From positions 10,697-74,696 of IMG/VR virus record IMGVR_UViG_3300028534_000022: a stretch of DNA of 64,000 nucleotides; one strand, 5' to 3'. Position numbers and translations under genes: made by a program. This DNA is from a virus. The notes under the pieces were generated by a model, which ran no database searches, had not been told where the DNA came from, and saw only the letters and a program-made list of their open reading frames with translations. This document shows positions 39,186-50,730 of this stretch, piece by piece (the first letter of the stretch is position 1; every line of letters begins with the position of its first letter).

Positions 39186-41633
39186 ATGGCAATAAGATAT
39201 TCAGAAACAGAATCAGATATACGTAGTATCTGGCGCTACGATAAAACAGATGACGCACATACCATCATAGGGTATACTTCTACGGATTACGATATTATAC
39301 CATTAGATAGTGAAGTAGGGGATGGTATAGTTTTTGCATTATATAATTATTATACTGGAAAAATACGAAAAATAAAATTTTTAGTAGATTCTAATGTAGT
39401 GGCAGATAACATACAAGGAGTGTGGGAATATTATACAGTTATCGACACTAATAGTTATGCTAACAGTGAAGAAAATTGGAAACCACTACAAAATGTAATA
39501 GATTCTGGTAATAATTTTACAACTAACCAAGATGGTGTTATAGAAGTGGAATGGGACGTTCCTGAAGACTGGGATAATTATTGTAACCCAGGGGGTGATA
39601 CATCTTGGTATTCGTTTAATATACGCTATCGTATAACCGAAATTGACAATATCACAGAAACAGGGAGAATAACAAATACTAAATGTTTCGGAAATAACAT
39701 AGAAGTAATCGATCAAGATTTTCGTATGGAAGATTTATATCAAGCAGATATTGAAAATGGGTGGGGTAAGATAACTCGTAACGGATATAGTGATTATATT
39801 TTAAACTGTGGATTACATATAGATAGTACTTCTAATTTTATTAGTCAAGAAGAAACTATTACATTTATACATAATCACTGCATTGTTAATAATGGTCGTT
39901 GTACTTTAGGAATTATAAATGCTGTAGGTATGCCAGATAAAGGAACTACTATTCGTTTTGAAAGTGCTAATGCAGATTTTTCTGCTTGTTATTTAGGCAT
40001 AAATTATTCACAATACTTAGGGTTAACTATACAATTTCCACAAGAACCAAGAAGCATTAGACAACATGGTTTTTGGGGCGGAGGAATAGGTGACTTTCCA
40101 GAACAAACTATTATGGGTGGAAATTTTTATAATTTTAGAAATTATAAATTTTCACATCCGTCAAACTTAATAAAGGGCTTAACTTATTATAATGCACATA
40201 CCGAACCAGCAGGAGCTATTATTGATGGAATTAAAGTAGTCGATAGTGGTTATGGTATTCGACCCAATACGTTATCAAATTATATAATTGTTCATAGAGT
40301 TAATTTCGAAGGAACAACTAGGGCGAATACTAATCCATGGAGAGTCAGCGGAATTGAAGATTGGTGGAATGGGTATGTGGATTCTGTTTTTAACGAAGAT
40401 CTACCTTTATCAAGATTTTATCAAAATAGTACTGATGATAATTCCTATGTTAATAATTATCGGGTTATTGACTTTAAAAGTTTTATAACGCAAGTAAAAG
40501 ATACTGAACTAAATGTATTAAACGATGTTAATGTTTGTGTATACAATAACAGATTTGAAGAAGTATTAAATGCTAAAACCAATAACGATGGATTCGCTAG
40601 TGAATATCGCGGAACAGTAAACAGTATTGACGGAAATAAAATAACATTTAATGATTTTAAAGATACGTCAACAGATGCTATGCGGTATTATGAAATATAT
40701 GTAACAAATGGTCCAGCATATAAAGATAAACGCATAATCATGTATTCTACAGAAAATACGCTAACTACTGCAGAAAGTCTATCAAGCATACCTGAAGAAA
40801 ATGATAGATTTATAGAAGTACCGTATATTAAATATAGATGGCAGCGTCCGGCAAAAGATCAAACTAGTGGATATGGTTATTCAGATATTGAATATCAAGG
40901 AGATTTTAAAATAAGATACCGTAAATATGGATATTTGTTTATGTCTGTAACTGAAGATTTTAAAAATCCTGTAAATAGTATTATTACTTTATTTAACAAT
41001 AACGACATAATACTATCATTAGAAGATGCTCTAAATATATCAGGAATTACTGTTACTTTAGAAGATGACCCAATTATTGAAAATGATAAAGAATATAGTA
41101 TTACTATTGATTGCGGGAATAATACGTTAAATGACGCATGGCATTATTTGCAAGCATTTTTTTCACAACCAAATAATATTTTTTACCACAATATGTTAAA
41201 AAGGAATGAGGATATTTTCTATACTGAAGGTGGCTATTATAATAATGGAGATAGTTCTATTTTTAAAGGTGTAAGAGTTATTAATTATAGCGATGGAATG
41301 TTAAATAAAGTACAAAGTGATGATGGTAGTTATTATTATTTACCAGTTATTGTAAAAATAATTTTTGAAATCACTGAACCTTTAGTCGATTATGAGTATA
41401 GGATTTATGAAGTTCCTGAAAAAGGATCATTAGAAGGTTCTGTAGAATTACAAGGAATAGAAAGCACAAGTGATTTAACACATACATACGTATACGAATA
41501 TGTCGAAAATAAAAATATAGCAATACAAATATTACCACATGATAATGATTATCTTGAAACTATTATTTATACCACGCTTAATGATAAAGACCAAAATATA
41601 TCTATAGAAATGAAACGAGATGAATATAACTAA
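39186..41633 (+). CDS. Putative virion structural protein (beta-rich)
   Basis: 815 aa, Asp/Asn/Tyr-rich, heads a co-oriented structural-like cluster. Confidence 0.55.
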   Translation: MAIRYSETESDIRSIWRYDKTDDAHTIIGYTSTDYDIIPLDSEVGDGIVFALYNYYTGKIRKIKFLVDSNVVADNIQGVWEYYTVIDTNSYANSEENWKPLQNVIDSGNNFTTNQDGVIEVEWDVPEDWDNYCNPGGDTSWYSFNIRYRITEIDNITETGRITNTKCFGNNIEVIDQDFRMEDLYQADIENGWGKITRNGYSDYILNCGLHIDSTSNFISQEETITFIHNHCIVNNGRCTLGIINAVGMPDKGTTIRFESANADFSACYLGINYSQYLGLTIQFPQEPRSIRQHGFWGGGIGDFPEQTIMGGNFYNFRNYKFSHPSNLIKGLTYYNAHTEPAGAIIDGIKVVDSGYGIRPNTLSNYIIVHRVNFEGTTRANTNPWRVSGIEDWWNGYVDSVFNEDLPLSRFYQNSTDDNSYVNNYRVIDFKSFITQVKDTELNVLNDVNVCVYNNRFEEVLNAKTNNDGFASEYRGTVNSIDGNKITFNDFKDTSTDAMRYYEIYVTNGPAYKDKRIIMYSTENTLTTAESLSSIPEENDRFIEVPYIKYRWQRPAKDQTSGYGYSDIEYQGDFKIRYRKYGYLFMSVTEDFKNPVNSIITLFNNNDIILSLEDALNISGITVTLEDDPIIENDKEYSITIDCGNNTLNDAWHYLQAFFSQPNNIFYHNMLKRNEDIFYTEGGYYNNGDSSIFKGVRVINYSDGMLNKVQSDDGSYYYLPVIVKIIFEITEPLVDYEYRIYEVPEKGSLEGSVELQGIESTSDLTHTYVYEYVENKNIAIQILPHDNDYLETIIYTTLNDKDQNISIEMKRDEYN

Positions 41634-41667
41634 TATGCATCCAATAATTGTATTATAAGGAAGAATA

Positions 41668-43110
41668 ATGGCGATAATTGATTTATCTAATTATACAACT
41701 ACGTTAAAACAAAGTAGTGAAGGAAGAACAGGAACACCTGACGGCAATATTTATTTTGATATTGCTAACGGGACAATAGAATTTCTACCCTATGAAGAAG
41801 TAGAACAAATTGATTTTGGTAATGGGTTAGTAGATAACCCACTGACAAGACAAGACGGTATAAAATTTGAAGCAATATATGCTTTTGAAAATCAAGAAAG
41901 AAATACTGATGAAGAATTAAGAAAACATGATAGGTGGACTCTTGGTTCATTTAAAGCTTCTGGCGCCTATAGATTCGTCAATGGAAGAACCCCTGCCACT
42001 GAAACAGATCGTAAAATTATACGTAATTCCGGATGGATAGAATATGCTTTAGATAAAACTATAAATAAAATTTATTTTGGTAATAAGGGATTATCTAATA
42101 TTTATCCAGAATCTTTACCGTACTATCATTTTAGTACAACTACTAACGCTATTGATTTTAGTAAACCTGGACAAATTAACGAAGCTATATTGGTATATGA
42201 TAAAGATACCGTTGATAACAGATTTAATTCTGAAATCATCAGCATAAGAACATATGGCATGATACATGATAGAAAATATACCGATATTGATTTAGGTATA
42301 GATGAGTTAGGTGGTTACTCTGTAGGTATAGCACTAAATGAATATCCACACCCTACAACTAATCCAGAGACTATGCCGTATAGTGATGTTTGGGAATCAC
42401 CTACAGGAGTATGGGAAACAATGCGTTTAGAAAAGTTGAGTGATCCACTTATAGTAAATGAATTTGCTGAAGATGAAGGAACTTTTAGTTGGATATTATA
42501 TAATGATAATAATGCTACACTAGACGAGTGTATAGCCTGGTTAGATGCTGCAAGTATGTCCGCTACTGATATTGATTCGGGTGATGAAACAAATACTATA
42601 GGACGAATAGCAGATACTTGGTATTATTATGGTGATGATGGAAATATAATTACTAGATCAGGAACAGATAATCTAGGTGTATATATAACCAATATACCTT
42701 TAGAGGATCGTGGCCGTATTAAATTTACGTCAGACGATAAAAGCATTAAAAGCTATGAATTCCTAGTAAACATAATTATTAATATTGGCGAAGATGCCAA
42801 AAACGATACTAATGCATGGTACCAATTATTTAGTGCTGTTAATTTTAATACAAATAACCCTATTACAGTTAAAGATAATTTAGGTAACGATGTAAAAGGA
42901 TTAGCTTCTTCTGTGAATGAAAATAATCAAGTAGTATTTTTCTTTCCTTACGATACTGATACAATATTAGGTGAACCAGGAACAGATAAAGATTGTGTAT
43001 TCTTATGTGAGGGAGACGGCGGGGTTACTCAAGCAAAATTAACTCTAACTATCACTCGTACAAAAACACTTATTTTTAATTGTATTCCAGCAATAGAAAA
43101 TAATGAGTAA
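41668..43110 (+). CDS. Putative virion structural protein
   Basis: 480 aa; N-terminus DGNIYFD...G...AIYAF resembles that of 43441..43977. Confidence 0.55.
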   Translation: MAIIDLSNYTTTLKQSSEGRTGTPDGNIYFDIANGTIEFLPYEEVEQIDFGNGLVDNPLTRQDGIKFEAIYAFENQERNTDEELRKHDRWTLGSFKASGAYRFVNGRTPATETDRKIIRNSGWIEYALDKTINKIYFGNKGLSNIYPESLPYYHFSTTTNAIDFSKPGQINEAILVYDKDTVDNRFNSEIISIRTYGMIHDRKYTDIDLGIDELGGYSVGIALNEYPHPTTNPETMPYSDVWESPTGVWETMRLEKLSDPLIVNEFAEDEGTFSWILYNDNNATLDECIAWLDAASMSATDIDSGDETNTIGRIADTWYYYGDDGNIITRSGTDNLGVYITNIPLEDRGRIKFTSDDKSIKSYEFLVNIIINIGEDAKNDTNAWYQLFSAVNFNTNNPITVKDNLGNDVKGLASSVNENNQVVFFFPYDTDTILGEPGTDKDCVFLCEGDGGVTQAKLTLTITRTKTLIFNCIPAIENNE

Positions 43111-43444
43111 TGAAGGATACAAAATGATTACAAAATTACGTGCATCTAAAATAAGTATTGAAACACCTAAAGAAGGTGCATTAACATGGATACATATTAC
43201 CGTACAACAAGTTATTAAAAATGATGATGGTGTTATAATAAATATAATTCCGCGATATGATTATATTAGTTTCCCCTTACAAAATATAGGTACCAATATA
43301 TACGAAGCTATAGAACCATTAAATGGTGAAAAAATAGAAGCAAGCGGATATGGCATAGCTTCTTTAATAGCAGAAATAGTTACAAAAACCTTAGTAGAGA
43401 AATATAATGGAACAATAACCCCGGAAGGAGATGTGATATTATGA
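43103..43444 (+). CDS. Hypothetical protein
   Basis: Overlap-coupled ORF in the cluster. Confidence 0.65.
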   Translation: MSNEGYKMITKLRASKISIETPKEGALTWIHITVQQVIKNDDGVIINIIPRYDYISFPLQNIGTNIYEAIEPLNGEKIEASGYGIASLIAEIVTKTLVEKYNGTITPEGDVIL

Positions 43445-43977
43445 TTGATTATATCGACCCAACTAATAGGTTGATTTATTTAGATTCTACCACGGTGGAC
43501 GCAACCATACAACCAATAGATATATATAGGGAAATGAGATCATTGCGCGCTATAAATGAGAGTTTACGCAATTATGATGTTTTCTTAACTATGCGAGGCG
43601 GTGAAAAAAAGAATCTGGATGGAAGTAAACGAACAGAACGTTACATGGTTTTATTAAACGGAACATTTATTGTTCCGTATGATACTTCACACACATTAAC
43701 TATCGATGGTACCATAATTAGTGATTCCGGTTTAGAAGGAGCACAATGTTTTAACAGAGTTAATCTTTCTGATGATGTAGAGGTAGATATAAACTATGTT
43801 CCGAAACAAGTAGAGGTTATAACAATGTTTATAGAAAATCCAGATGTTAGTGTTCTTAATTCAAAAATAGATGAAGTTGCTTCTGATGTACGTGAGATTA
43901 AAGTTGTTCAGGGTGAAAATATGGCTGAAACTGAAACACTTATAATTTCTACAAACGGAGTTAAGTTAGTGCTATAA
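43441..43977 (+). CDS. Putative structural protein with C-terminal coiled coil
   Basis: ATGA overlap; IDPTNRLIYL..DIYREMR..GG module. Confidence 0.6.
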   Translation: MIDYIDPTNRLIYLDSTTVDATIQPIDIYREMRSLRAINESLRNYDVFLTMRGGEKKNLDGSKRTERYMVLLNGTFIVPYDTSHTLTIDGTIISDSGLEGAQCFNRVNLSDDVEVDINYVPKQVEVITMFIENPDVSVLNSKIDEVASDVREIKVVQGENMAETETLIISTNGVKLVL

Positions 43978-44047
43978 TAAATAGTATTAACTGAAATACA
44001 TTAGCTGTTATAGCTATACATAATAATATATTAATATAAGGATAAAT

Positions 44048-45331
44048 ATGAGAAAAGTAGGAATACCATTTAACCCCGGAGTAGCGGTTGATCCTGATTT
44101 AACTGGGCTAGCAGATACTTTTACTGCGAAATATAGACTTGAAGGTTCTTCTGATGCGTTTACTGATATTTCAGGAACATTTACAGAAGAGTATCCAGGA
44201 TTCTATACAATCCCACTAACAATTAATGCTCCTGGTAGTTATTTAATTAAATTTGAGTCTACTGATTCACGTATCGGTAATCATGAAGGATATGTACAAG
44301 TTGCTAATACATCACTTGACGATATCCAAACTGCAATTGATTCATTGCAAGCAGATTTATCTGCAGTTAAAACACAAGTTGATCTTCTAGATGAAAATGA
44401 ACTTAACAACATTCATGAAGAAGTTTCTTCATTAACAACTACTGTTGAAACAATCAACAAGTTACTTAGCGATACTACTGATTACTATTTTGAATTAAAC
44501 GGTGATGAAACTAGTATCGTTACAACAGGAACAACAATTACAGGTTCTACATCAGGTGCTAGCGGTACTGTTCAAGCTGTTGCTTATGATAGCACTAATG
44601 ATCTTACTAAAGTAACTGTTACGGATACTACTGGTGCATTTCAAGTAGGTGAAACTGTTACTGATGGTACTAATACTACTGCAGGAACTATTCAGGTAGT
44701 TACTGAAAACATCATTAACTCAGTTTATGAGTTCGTAGAAAACATTAATAAAGCACTACTTGAAGGTGGTTCATCTTTAGACATCTTAAGAACATTCTCT
44801 CTTGATGTAGAGCATCTCATTCTTGGTGATGCTACTTTAGAAGATGGTTCAACTTGTCCTACTGTTGGTAAAGGTTTAGTTAATATTTTTGATGAATTAT
44901 CATCAACGCACACCGACCTTACAGCACTTAAGGCATTAGCTGAAGATGCTGCTGTTGGTTTTGGTGCAATTAAAGGTGCTATTGATGCAGGTGTTTCATC
45001 TATTGAAACAAAAATCGATGCACTTACAGATGAAACAAATTCTAGTTCTTTAGCATCTAAATTAAACACAATTAATACTATTGTTACTAATAATAGCGAT
45101 ATTCTCGGAGATGCTACATTTGGTAATGAAGCTATTAAAAATGCCATCGATGCGTTATCTTCTGGAAATACTACAGGTACTGATGAAATTAAAGCAATCT
45201 TAGAAGATAGCACTAATGGTCTAGCTGCCATTAAAACGGCTATTCTTGATAAGCTTACTGTTATGGATGGAAAACTTGACCAGATCATTACTACACAATC
45301 AGCTACTGTCGCTACAAGAGTTATTCTTTAA
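44048..45331 (+). CDS. Putative fibrous virion protein (coiled coils flanking a beta insert)
   Basis: Long heptad stretches; codon style (CTT/GCT/ACT) like the capsid gene. Confidence 0.6.
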   Translation: MRKVGIPFNPGVAVDPDLTGLADTFTAKYRLEGSSDAFTDISGTFTEEYPGFYTIPLTINAPGSYLIKFESTDSRIGNHEGYVQVANTSLDDIQTAIDSLQADLSAVKTQVDLLDENELNNIHEEVSSLTTTVETINKLLSDTTDYYFELNGDETSIVTTGTTITGSTSGASGTVQAVAYDSTNDLTKVTVTDTTGAFQVGETVTDGTNTTAGTIQVVTENIINSVYEFVENINKALLEGGSSLDILRTFSLDVEHLILGDATLEDGSTCPTVGKGLVNIFDELSSTHTDLTALKALAEDAAVGFGAIKGAIDAGVSSIETKIDALTDETNSSSLASKLNTINTIVTNNSDILGDATFGNEAIKNAIDALSSGNTTGTDEIKAILEDSTNGLAAIKTAILDKLTVMDGKLDQIITTQSATVATRVIL

Positions 45332-45366
45332 TAATTAATTAAAGAGTACTCTTAAAGGAGTCTAAT

Positions 45367-45669
45367 ATGGCTGGACAATATAGAAATGATTTAGTAGCTG
45401 ATGTTACTATGGGTGTCTCTGATGTACTTAATGTACGTGCCGGACAAACTATAACAGATTATCATCCTGAACGATTTAGAAAAATCATTATTCGTAAAGA
45501 CCCTGTTACAGGTGCGGCGGGTCTTCTGGTACACATGTACAATAACCAAGCTTTACCTATAACAAGTGATGACTTAATCGTTACAGAAGATACTACAGCG
45601 CTAAATGAACAATTTCCATATAATAATGTAATTATTTTCGGCGGTAATACCCTTACTGTTGAGAGTTAA
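45367..45669 (+). CDS. Hypothetical protein
   Basis: RBS AAGGAG. Confidence 0.7.
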   Translation: MAGQYRNDLVADVTMGVSDVLNVRAGQTITDYHPERFRKIIIRKDPVTGAAGLLVHMYNNQALPITSDDLIVTEDTTALNEQFPYNNVIIFGGNTLTVES

Positions 45670-45675
45670 TTTTAA

Positions 45676-45709
45676 TACTACAGTAGAGCTATTATGCTCT
45701 ACTGTAGTA
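45676..45709 (+). terminator. Hairpin
   Basis: TACTACAGTAGAGC-N6-GCTCTACTGTAGTA. Confidence 0.65.
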
Positions 45710-45793
45710 CATTATATTTTTAAGTCTAATTTCATTGACTAAAGCGGTAATCGCTATTCTATAAAGGAGAGAGTTAGAAATAACCACAATATT

Positions 45794-46150
45794 ATGAATA
45801 TATGGCCAGAAGATACAGAAAAAGTAATAACAATAATAGCTAAAGAAACAGATACGATTAACGTTTATGGTAGATTAAAAAATACAACTGACGAGTATAG
45901 TGAAATAACAGGAACATTAACCTACAGAGGCGAAGATACTTGGGAACTATTAACAAGTTTTGCTAAAGGTGAATATCTATTAAAAATAGTAATCAGTAAT
46001 GATGCTGTAGTTACACCTATTTATGTTGATCTATCCGTAGTTACTATTGAACGATTTGATTTAACAGTAAACCAGAATCTTATTAAAGAACAATTAGTAA
46101 CGATAGACGATAAAATAGTTACTGAAAATAGTTGGAAAGTGGTAGGATAA
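45794..46150 (+). CDS. Hypothetical Ig-like protein
   Basis: Beta-rich N-terminus, short coiled-coil C-terminus. Confidence 0.6.
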   Translation: MNIWPEDTEKVITIIAKETDTINVYGRLKNTTDEYSEITGTLTYRGEDTWELLTSFAKGEYLLKIVISNDAVVTPIYVDLSVVTIERFDLTVNQNLIKEQLVTIDDKIVTENSWKVVG

Positions 46151-46151
46151 T

Positions 46152-46925
46152 ATGCGTGTTAATAATATATTCAATTGTAACGACCCAATAAAACTAACTC
46201 TTTTTTCTTCCATTAACAATATAGTCATATTTAAATATATTATAGGTACCGAAAAGACTACAGTAGATTTTGCTACTACCGTTGTAGATGAGTTTAAATA
46301 TATTGATTTAGTAGCACCTGATGAAGATTGTTACCTTATTGTAAAATATAATAGCGGAACAGAATTTTTAAGGGTAGGTAATCCTCCCGTAGTCTTATTT
46401 GTAAATTACTATACTTCTGAAAATATCACTATGCCATACACACAATACGATTATGATTCAAACATAGTTAAAGAAGGAACGCTAGAAAGTATAGGTGACA
46501 ATTTATACGTTACCTTAGTGGACAACCCAATTCCTGGTTTTTATGTAACTCTGAATAAAATAATTAGTGTCACTATTCCTGAAAAATATAGTATGGGTGG
46601 TGATATGAACGGTACCATTACATTAGAAAGGGATTCATGGCAATTAGTAGCTATACCTAAAACAGGTAATGTTGCTACTGACTTTATAGACAAACTTTCT
46701 GAACAAGAAGGAGTACCAGGAACTGAATTAGTAACAGTTTGTTCAGCATACCCAGGACATGTTAATAAATTTTTAACATATATTCCTGGATTTACTAATT
46801 CTACAAGTGAACATAACTTCCAATTAATCTATGAAGATGGTGACTCTTTAGAAATAACTGGATTTTGGGTAAAAACAAAAGCATGGACACATACTGAAAA
46901 CAACATAGTGTTTGATTGGACATAA
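46152..46925 (+). CDS. Putative structural protein
   Basis: C-terminal ~110 aa aligns with the C-terminus of 46935..48581 (NG.ITL...IP...K.LTY.PG...DW). Confidence 0.6.
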   Translation: MRVNNIFNCNDPIKLTLFSSINNIVIFKYIIGTEKTTVDFATTVVDEFKYIDLVAPDEDCYLIVKYNSGTEFLRVGNPPVVLFVNYYTSENITMPYTQYDYDSNIVKEGTLESIGDNLYVTLVDNPIPGFYVTLNKIISVTIPEKYSMGGDMNGTITLERDSWQLVAIPKTGNVATDFIDKLSEQEGVPGTELVTVCSAYPGHVNKFLTYIPGFTNSTSEHNFQLIYEDGDSLEITGFWVKTKAWTHTENNIVFDWT

Positions 46926-46934
46926 GGATAAGCA

Positions 46935-48581
46935 ATGGCTGTTAATAAACAATTCTCAGGTAATCTTGTAGATATTAATTTACAAGAAATTACTGAAGCT
47001 AGGTACAGAGGGTACCATACACCAACGGGTAGTTGGTCTGATTGGTATTATACAAAAGGAATAGCACAATATAATATTAATCTTGGGGATTCTAGTTGGT
47101 TAACTCAAGATGGCATTTTTAATCTAGATGATGAAATTTTATTAGTATTTGAAACATTAGAAACTGAACCAGAAAATAGAATATTTTCTTCGTTTAAGCT
47201 TAAACTAAGTACGGATGACCTTTATGTATTTGATGTACAATTAAGAGCTACACAACCTCCGGTTATTGTAAATAACTGGTATTTAAAAAGTGAATTAGAG
47301 GGAACAAATACTTTTCTATTAGAAAGTATCGGTGAGTACATCAATATAGGCCGAGTAAACAATCCGGTAACTGCAGTAGTAGAACCAAATACATATTATT
47401 CCTGGACTTATAATGATATACTATTAGAACATATAGAAACATATTGTGGTTATAATATATTTAAAGAATATATTGGAATAGAAACAATATTGTATAGATG
47501 GGAATCGGAATATCTTACTGAAAATATTTATTTGTATAACGATCCTAGCGACTATTCTTTGGGATATGATGAAGTAGTAGTTACAGCTGTGAATATGGTA
47601 GGATTAAGTGTCTCTGATAGTAAAAAAATACAAATACGTTATAATATACCGGAATCTAGTTTAACATGGACGCCTGATGCTCCTTCGATATTAGATACTT
47701 TATTAATTACTGCGACAAATAAAGATGTTGATAATGTTAGAAAAAAAATAGAATATTTAAAAGACGATATTGTTGTACAAATAGATAATTCTCTAAATTA
47801 TAGCTGGGAACAAAATATCGGAACAACTTATGTACCTGAATTTAAATTAAGCACTTTGATATATTGGAATGACGGATTCTATGATTTGATAGAAAGAAAA
47901 GATTATGTTGTAGGCATGACAAATTTACCTTTTACTTTTGATATAGAAATAACCAATAATGATAATATTTACGAGTTCATTATACATGACATAAATGATC
48001 CCGACGGCAATATAAATGAAATTTCTTATAGTATCAGTTTAGAATATATGTTGCCGTATAATAGTGTTTTTACAAATATATACACTAGCGATTTTAATAC
48101 AAAAATTAATTATGAATATGTATTTGAATTACCAGGTACATATAAGATAACGGTAATAGGAAAAGATAAATATGGCGATACCACTATTAATAGTAAAATA
48201 TTCAGCATTGATAGTTTAGTAGAAGAATGCAGTATTAATGGTATTTTAACACTTATTCCAGAAACAACAATATTCACATCTATACCTTTATCAAATAAAA
48301 AAATATCTACTTATTTAAACGATAAGTTAATACCTGAGTTAAATAAGTATGGAACTGAATTAAATATTAGTGACGTCATATCTTATGTTACAACATATGA
48401 TAATATTAATAAAAAATATTTAACATATAAACCAGGGTATAGTCGAAGTAACGGATTAGATGATTTTGATTTAATTAACATCGATAATAGTTTACGTGGA
48501 ATAATCATTGTTACTAAAAATTATACTAATTTAACTAGTGGAAATCTAATAACAATAGATTGGAAAGAGATACTATCATGA
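46935..48581 (+). CDS. Putative structural protein with PKD/Ig-like modules
   Basis: PGTYKITVIGKDKYGD PKD-like strand pattern; shares domains with flanking ORFs. Confidence 0.6.
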   Translation: MAVNKQFSGNLVDINLQEITEARYRGYHTPTGSWSDWYYTKGIAQYNINLGDSSWLTQDGIFNLDDEILLVFETLETEPENRIFSSFKLKLSTDDLYVFDVQLRATQPPVIVNNWYLKSELEGTNTFLLESIGEYINIGRVNNPVTAVVEPNTYYSWTYNDILLEHIETYCGYNIFKEYIGIETILYRWESEYLTENIYLYNDPSDYSLGYDEVVVTAVNMVGLSVSDSKKIQIRYNIPESSLTWTPDAPSILDTLLITATNKDVDNVRKKIEYLKDDIVVQIDNSLNYSWEQNIGTTYVPEFKLSTLIYWNDGFYDLIERKDYVVGMTNLPFTFDIEITNNDNIYEFIIHDINDPDGNINEISYSISLEYMLPYNSVFTNIYTSDFNTKINYEYVFELPGTYKITVIGKDKYGDTTINSKIFSIDSLVEECSINGILTLIPETTIFTSIPLSNKKISTYLNDKLIPELNKYGTELNISDVISYVTTYDNINKKYLTYKPGYSRSNGLDDFDLINIDNSLRGIIIVTKNYTNLTSGNLITIDWKEILS

Positions 48582-49234
48582 ATAACACAGTAATAGCCAT
48601 AGGAGCTACTGATAAAAACGAACAATACATAGATATAGGTTTTCGTATATCGTTGCCTGACGATGCCTATACTACAGATTATTACAATACTGTTAATGGT
48701 ACTATTGTTTTAAATACCGGAGATTATAATTTTTTAAATTCTGCATTGGTTAAAAATAAAAAAATCATAATAAGCGGAAGTATACTAAATTGTAGTTATT
48801 GTAAATTCCAAAAAGAATACATTGTGTCAGACACTAATGAAATAATTTTAAATCTAAAATTAATGTATGATTTTATAGCAGTATCTAATTTACGCACATT
48901 AAAACGTACCGATAATGAATATTTGTTTATACATAATATGGATATTCATACGATAGATAGTTTAACTATTTATGATATAAGTTATGACCCGGTTGTATTA
49001 TCACATGGCATTACCGAGGTTAAAAATGTGAATATAACAACAATAAGCAAAACATATGGGTCCGGATTAATTGTTAAATTCAATGTTGCTGGAATATACA
49101 CTATAAAAGTATATAGTAAAAATAAGTATGGAGATATCACAAATACTGATATTGTAAAAATTAATATCGGTATTAATAGTGCTAACACAAATAGTACTGA
49201 TAATAATAAAATAAATTATATTGAATGGGAGTAA
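48560..49234 (+). CDS. Putative PKD/Ig-like protein
   Basis: AGIYTIKVYSKNKYGD parallels PGTYKITVIGKDKYGD. Confidence 0.55.
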   Translation: MERDTIMNNTVIAIGATDKNEQYIDIGFRISLPDDAYTTDYYNTVNGTIVLNTGDYNFLNSALVKNKKIIISGSILNCSYCKFQKEYIVSDTNEIILNLKLMYDFIAVSNLRTLKRTDNEYLFIHNMDIHTIDSLTIYDISYDPVVLSHGITEVKNVNITTISKTYGSGLIVKFNVAGIYTIKVYSKNKYGDITNTDIVKINIGINSANTNSTDNNKINYIEWE

Positions 49235-49237
49235 ATT

Positions 49238-49759
49238 ATGCGTTATTCTAAGAATGAAAATAGTATTCTAGTGGGTAACTTTAGTACTGGTACCGAAGTA
49301 ACAATAAGAGTATTATCGCTGGATACCAATGAAGAACTTATTCTTGATACAAATAAATGTATAGAACACGATGATCAACAAGGTCTTTATATGTGGTCTA
49401 CTAAAAATATAAATTATAGTAATAAAATAGATCATTACGCTAATTTAGTTTATATTATGTCTAATGGGGTAGATAATGATACTATGGGGAAATTTACTTA
49501 TAGCGGATATTTGGATGACAATAATGATTTAATCAATACAAAATTAGATATGCTAATATCGTTTAAAGAACAATACGATAGATTAGAATCTAAAATCGAT
49601 ACTTTGGTGGAATCTATTGAAAAAATAGATATATTAAACAATAAGACAGATCAAATTTTAGAATTTGAAACAAGATTCAAAAATGTGCAAGAACAACTAA
49701 GTATTGAATATCAGGACATAATGACTACATTAAGCAATATAGACGCAAAATTAACATAA
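49238..49759 (+). CDS. Hypothetical protein with C-terminal coiled coil
   Basis: RBS GGAG; heptad C-terminus. Confidence 0.65.
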   Translation: MRYSKNENSILVGNFSTGTEVTIRVLSLDTNEELILDTNKCIEHDDQQGLYMWSTKNINYSNKIDHYANLVYIMSNGVDNDTMGKFTYSGYLDDNNDLINTKLDMLISFKEQYDRLESKIDTLVESIEKIDILNNKTDQILEFETRFKNVQEQLSIEYQDIMTTLSNIDAKLT

Positions 49760-49770
49760 TAGGATAACTC

Positions 49771-50730
49771 ATGATAATTTCCAGAATAACAGAATTAGAC
49801 TTACCTTCAACGGTTACGCATATAGCTACTGATTGGCAGATAGCTACAGATTTACTTTTTAACGATGTAATATTAGAATCAATAGAAGACCATGATAACT
49901 TAACGCACATAGTGTTTCCGGATCAATTAGATCCAGAAGTTAAATACTATGGCAGAGCTAGGGTACTATTATCTACAGGTTATACTGAATGGGGTAACAT
50001 TCATGTATTTGTTGCTAAAGATATTAACGATATAGCACAAGATTATGATTATCCTAGTTTAGTATCAGTACCACGCATAACTACCGATAGTAATTATAGT
50101 AACCACATACCTACTATGTTTACTATCTACGCAGATGGGTTTTCAGTTATCGGTACTGGAATACATACAGCTACTAGTTGGTTTATTACAGATAATGACG
50201 ACAACATTATATGGTCATCACTTATGGATACCAATAATCTTAATAGTATTATTTTTGGTAAACAAATATTAAAAGAAAATAGTGTATACAGAATAAATGC
50301 AGTATTTCATACTTCTAGCGACGACTCATCTCCTGTAGCTACTAAAACTATTTTAGTCAATACTCCAGATAGACAAATCTATCTTTTAACTAATTTAAAT
50401 AGTTTAGATTTAGGCATAGATAATGTAGTCAATATCAAATACATTCCTTATTTAGAATCAGTAACATATGAGATTTACCACATAAGAGATTTGTATTTAG
50501 AAACAGTATTATTAAATACGGTGAGTAAAGATCCACTAACGACATTTACTATTCCAGCTAATACATTAGAATTGAATGAGTATTATATATTAAAAATAAC
50601 ACCTATAGCAGATGGAGTTACTTTAAATACCAAATATATAGTATTTACAACATACAATGCAACAATATCTAAAGCTGATGGTCCTACTAGTGATAGCAAT
50701 ATTGTAGAGACGGTTCCTGCTGACGGTTAA
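49771..50730 (+). CDS. Putative virion protein with FN3/Ig-like repeats
   Basis: Two H.AT(D/S)W.I.D...I..S..D..NL modules. Confidence 0.6.
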   Translation: MIISRITELDLPSTVTHIATDWQIATDLLFNDVILESIEDHDNLTHIVFPDQLDPEVKYYGRARVLLSTGYTEWGNIHVFVAKDINDIAQDYDYPSLVSVPRITTDSNYSNHIPTMFTIYADGFSVIGTGIHTATSWFITDNDDNIIWSSLMDTNNLNSIIFGKQILKENSVYRINAVFHTSSDDSSPVATKTILVNTPDRQIYLLTNLNSLDLGIDNVVNIKYIPYLESVTYEIYHIRDLYLETVLLNTVSKDPLTTFTIPANTLELNEYYILKITPIADGVTLNTKYIVFTTYNATISKADGPTSDSNIVETVPADG

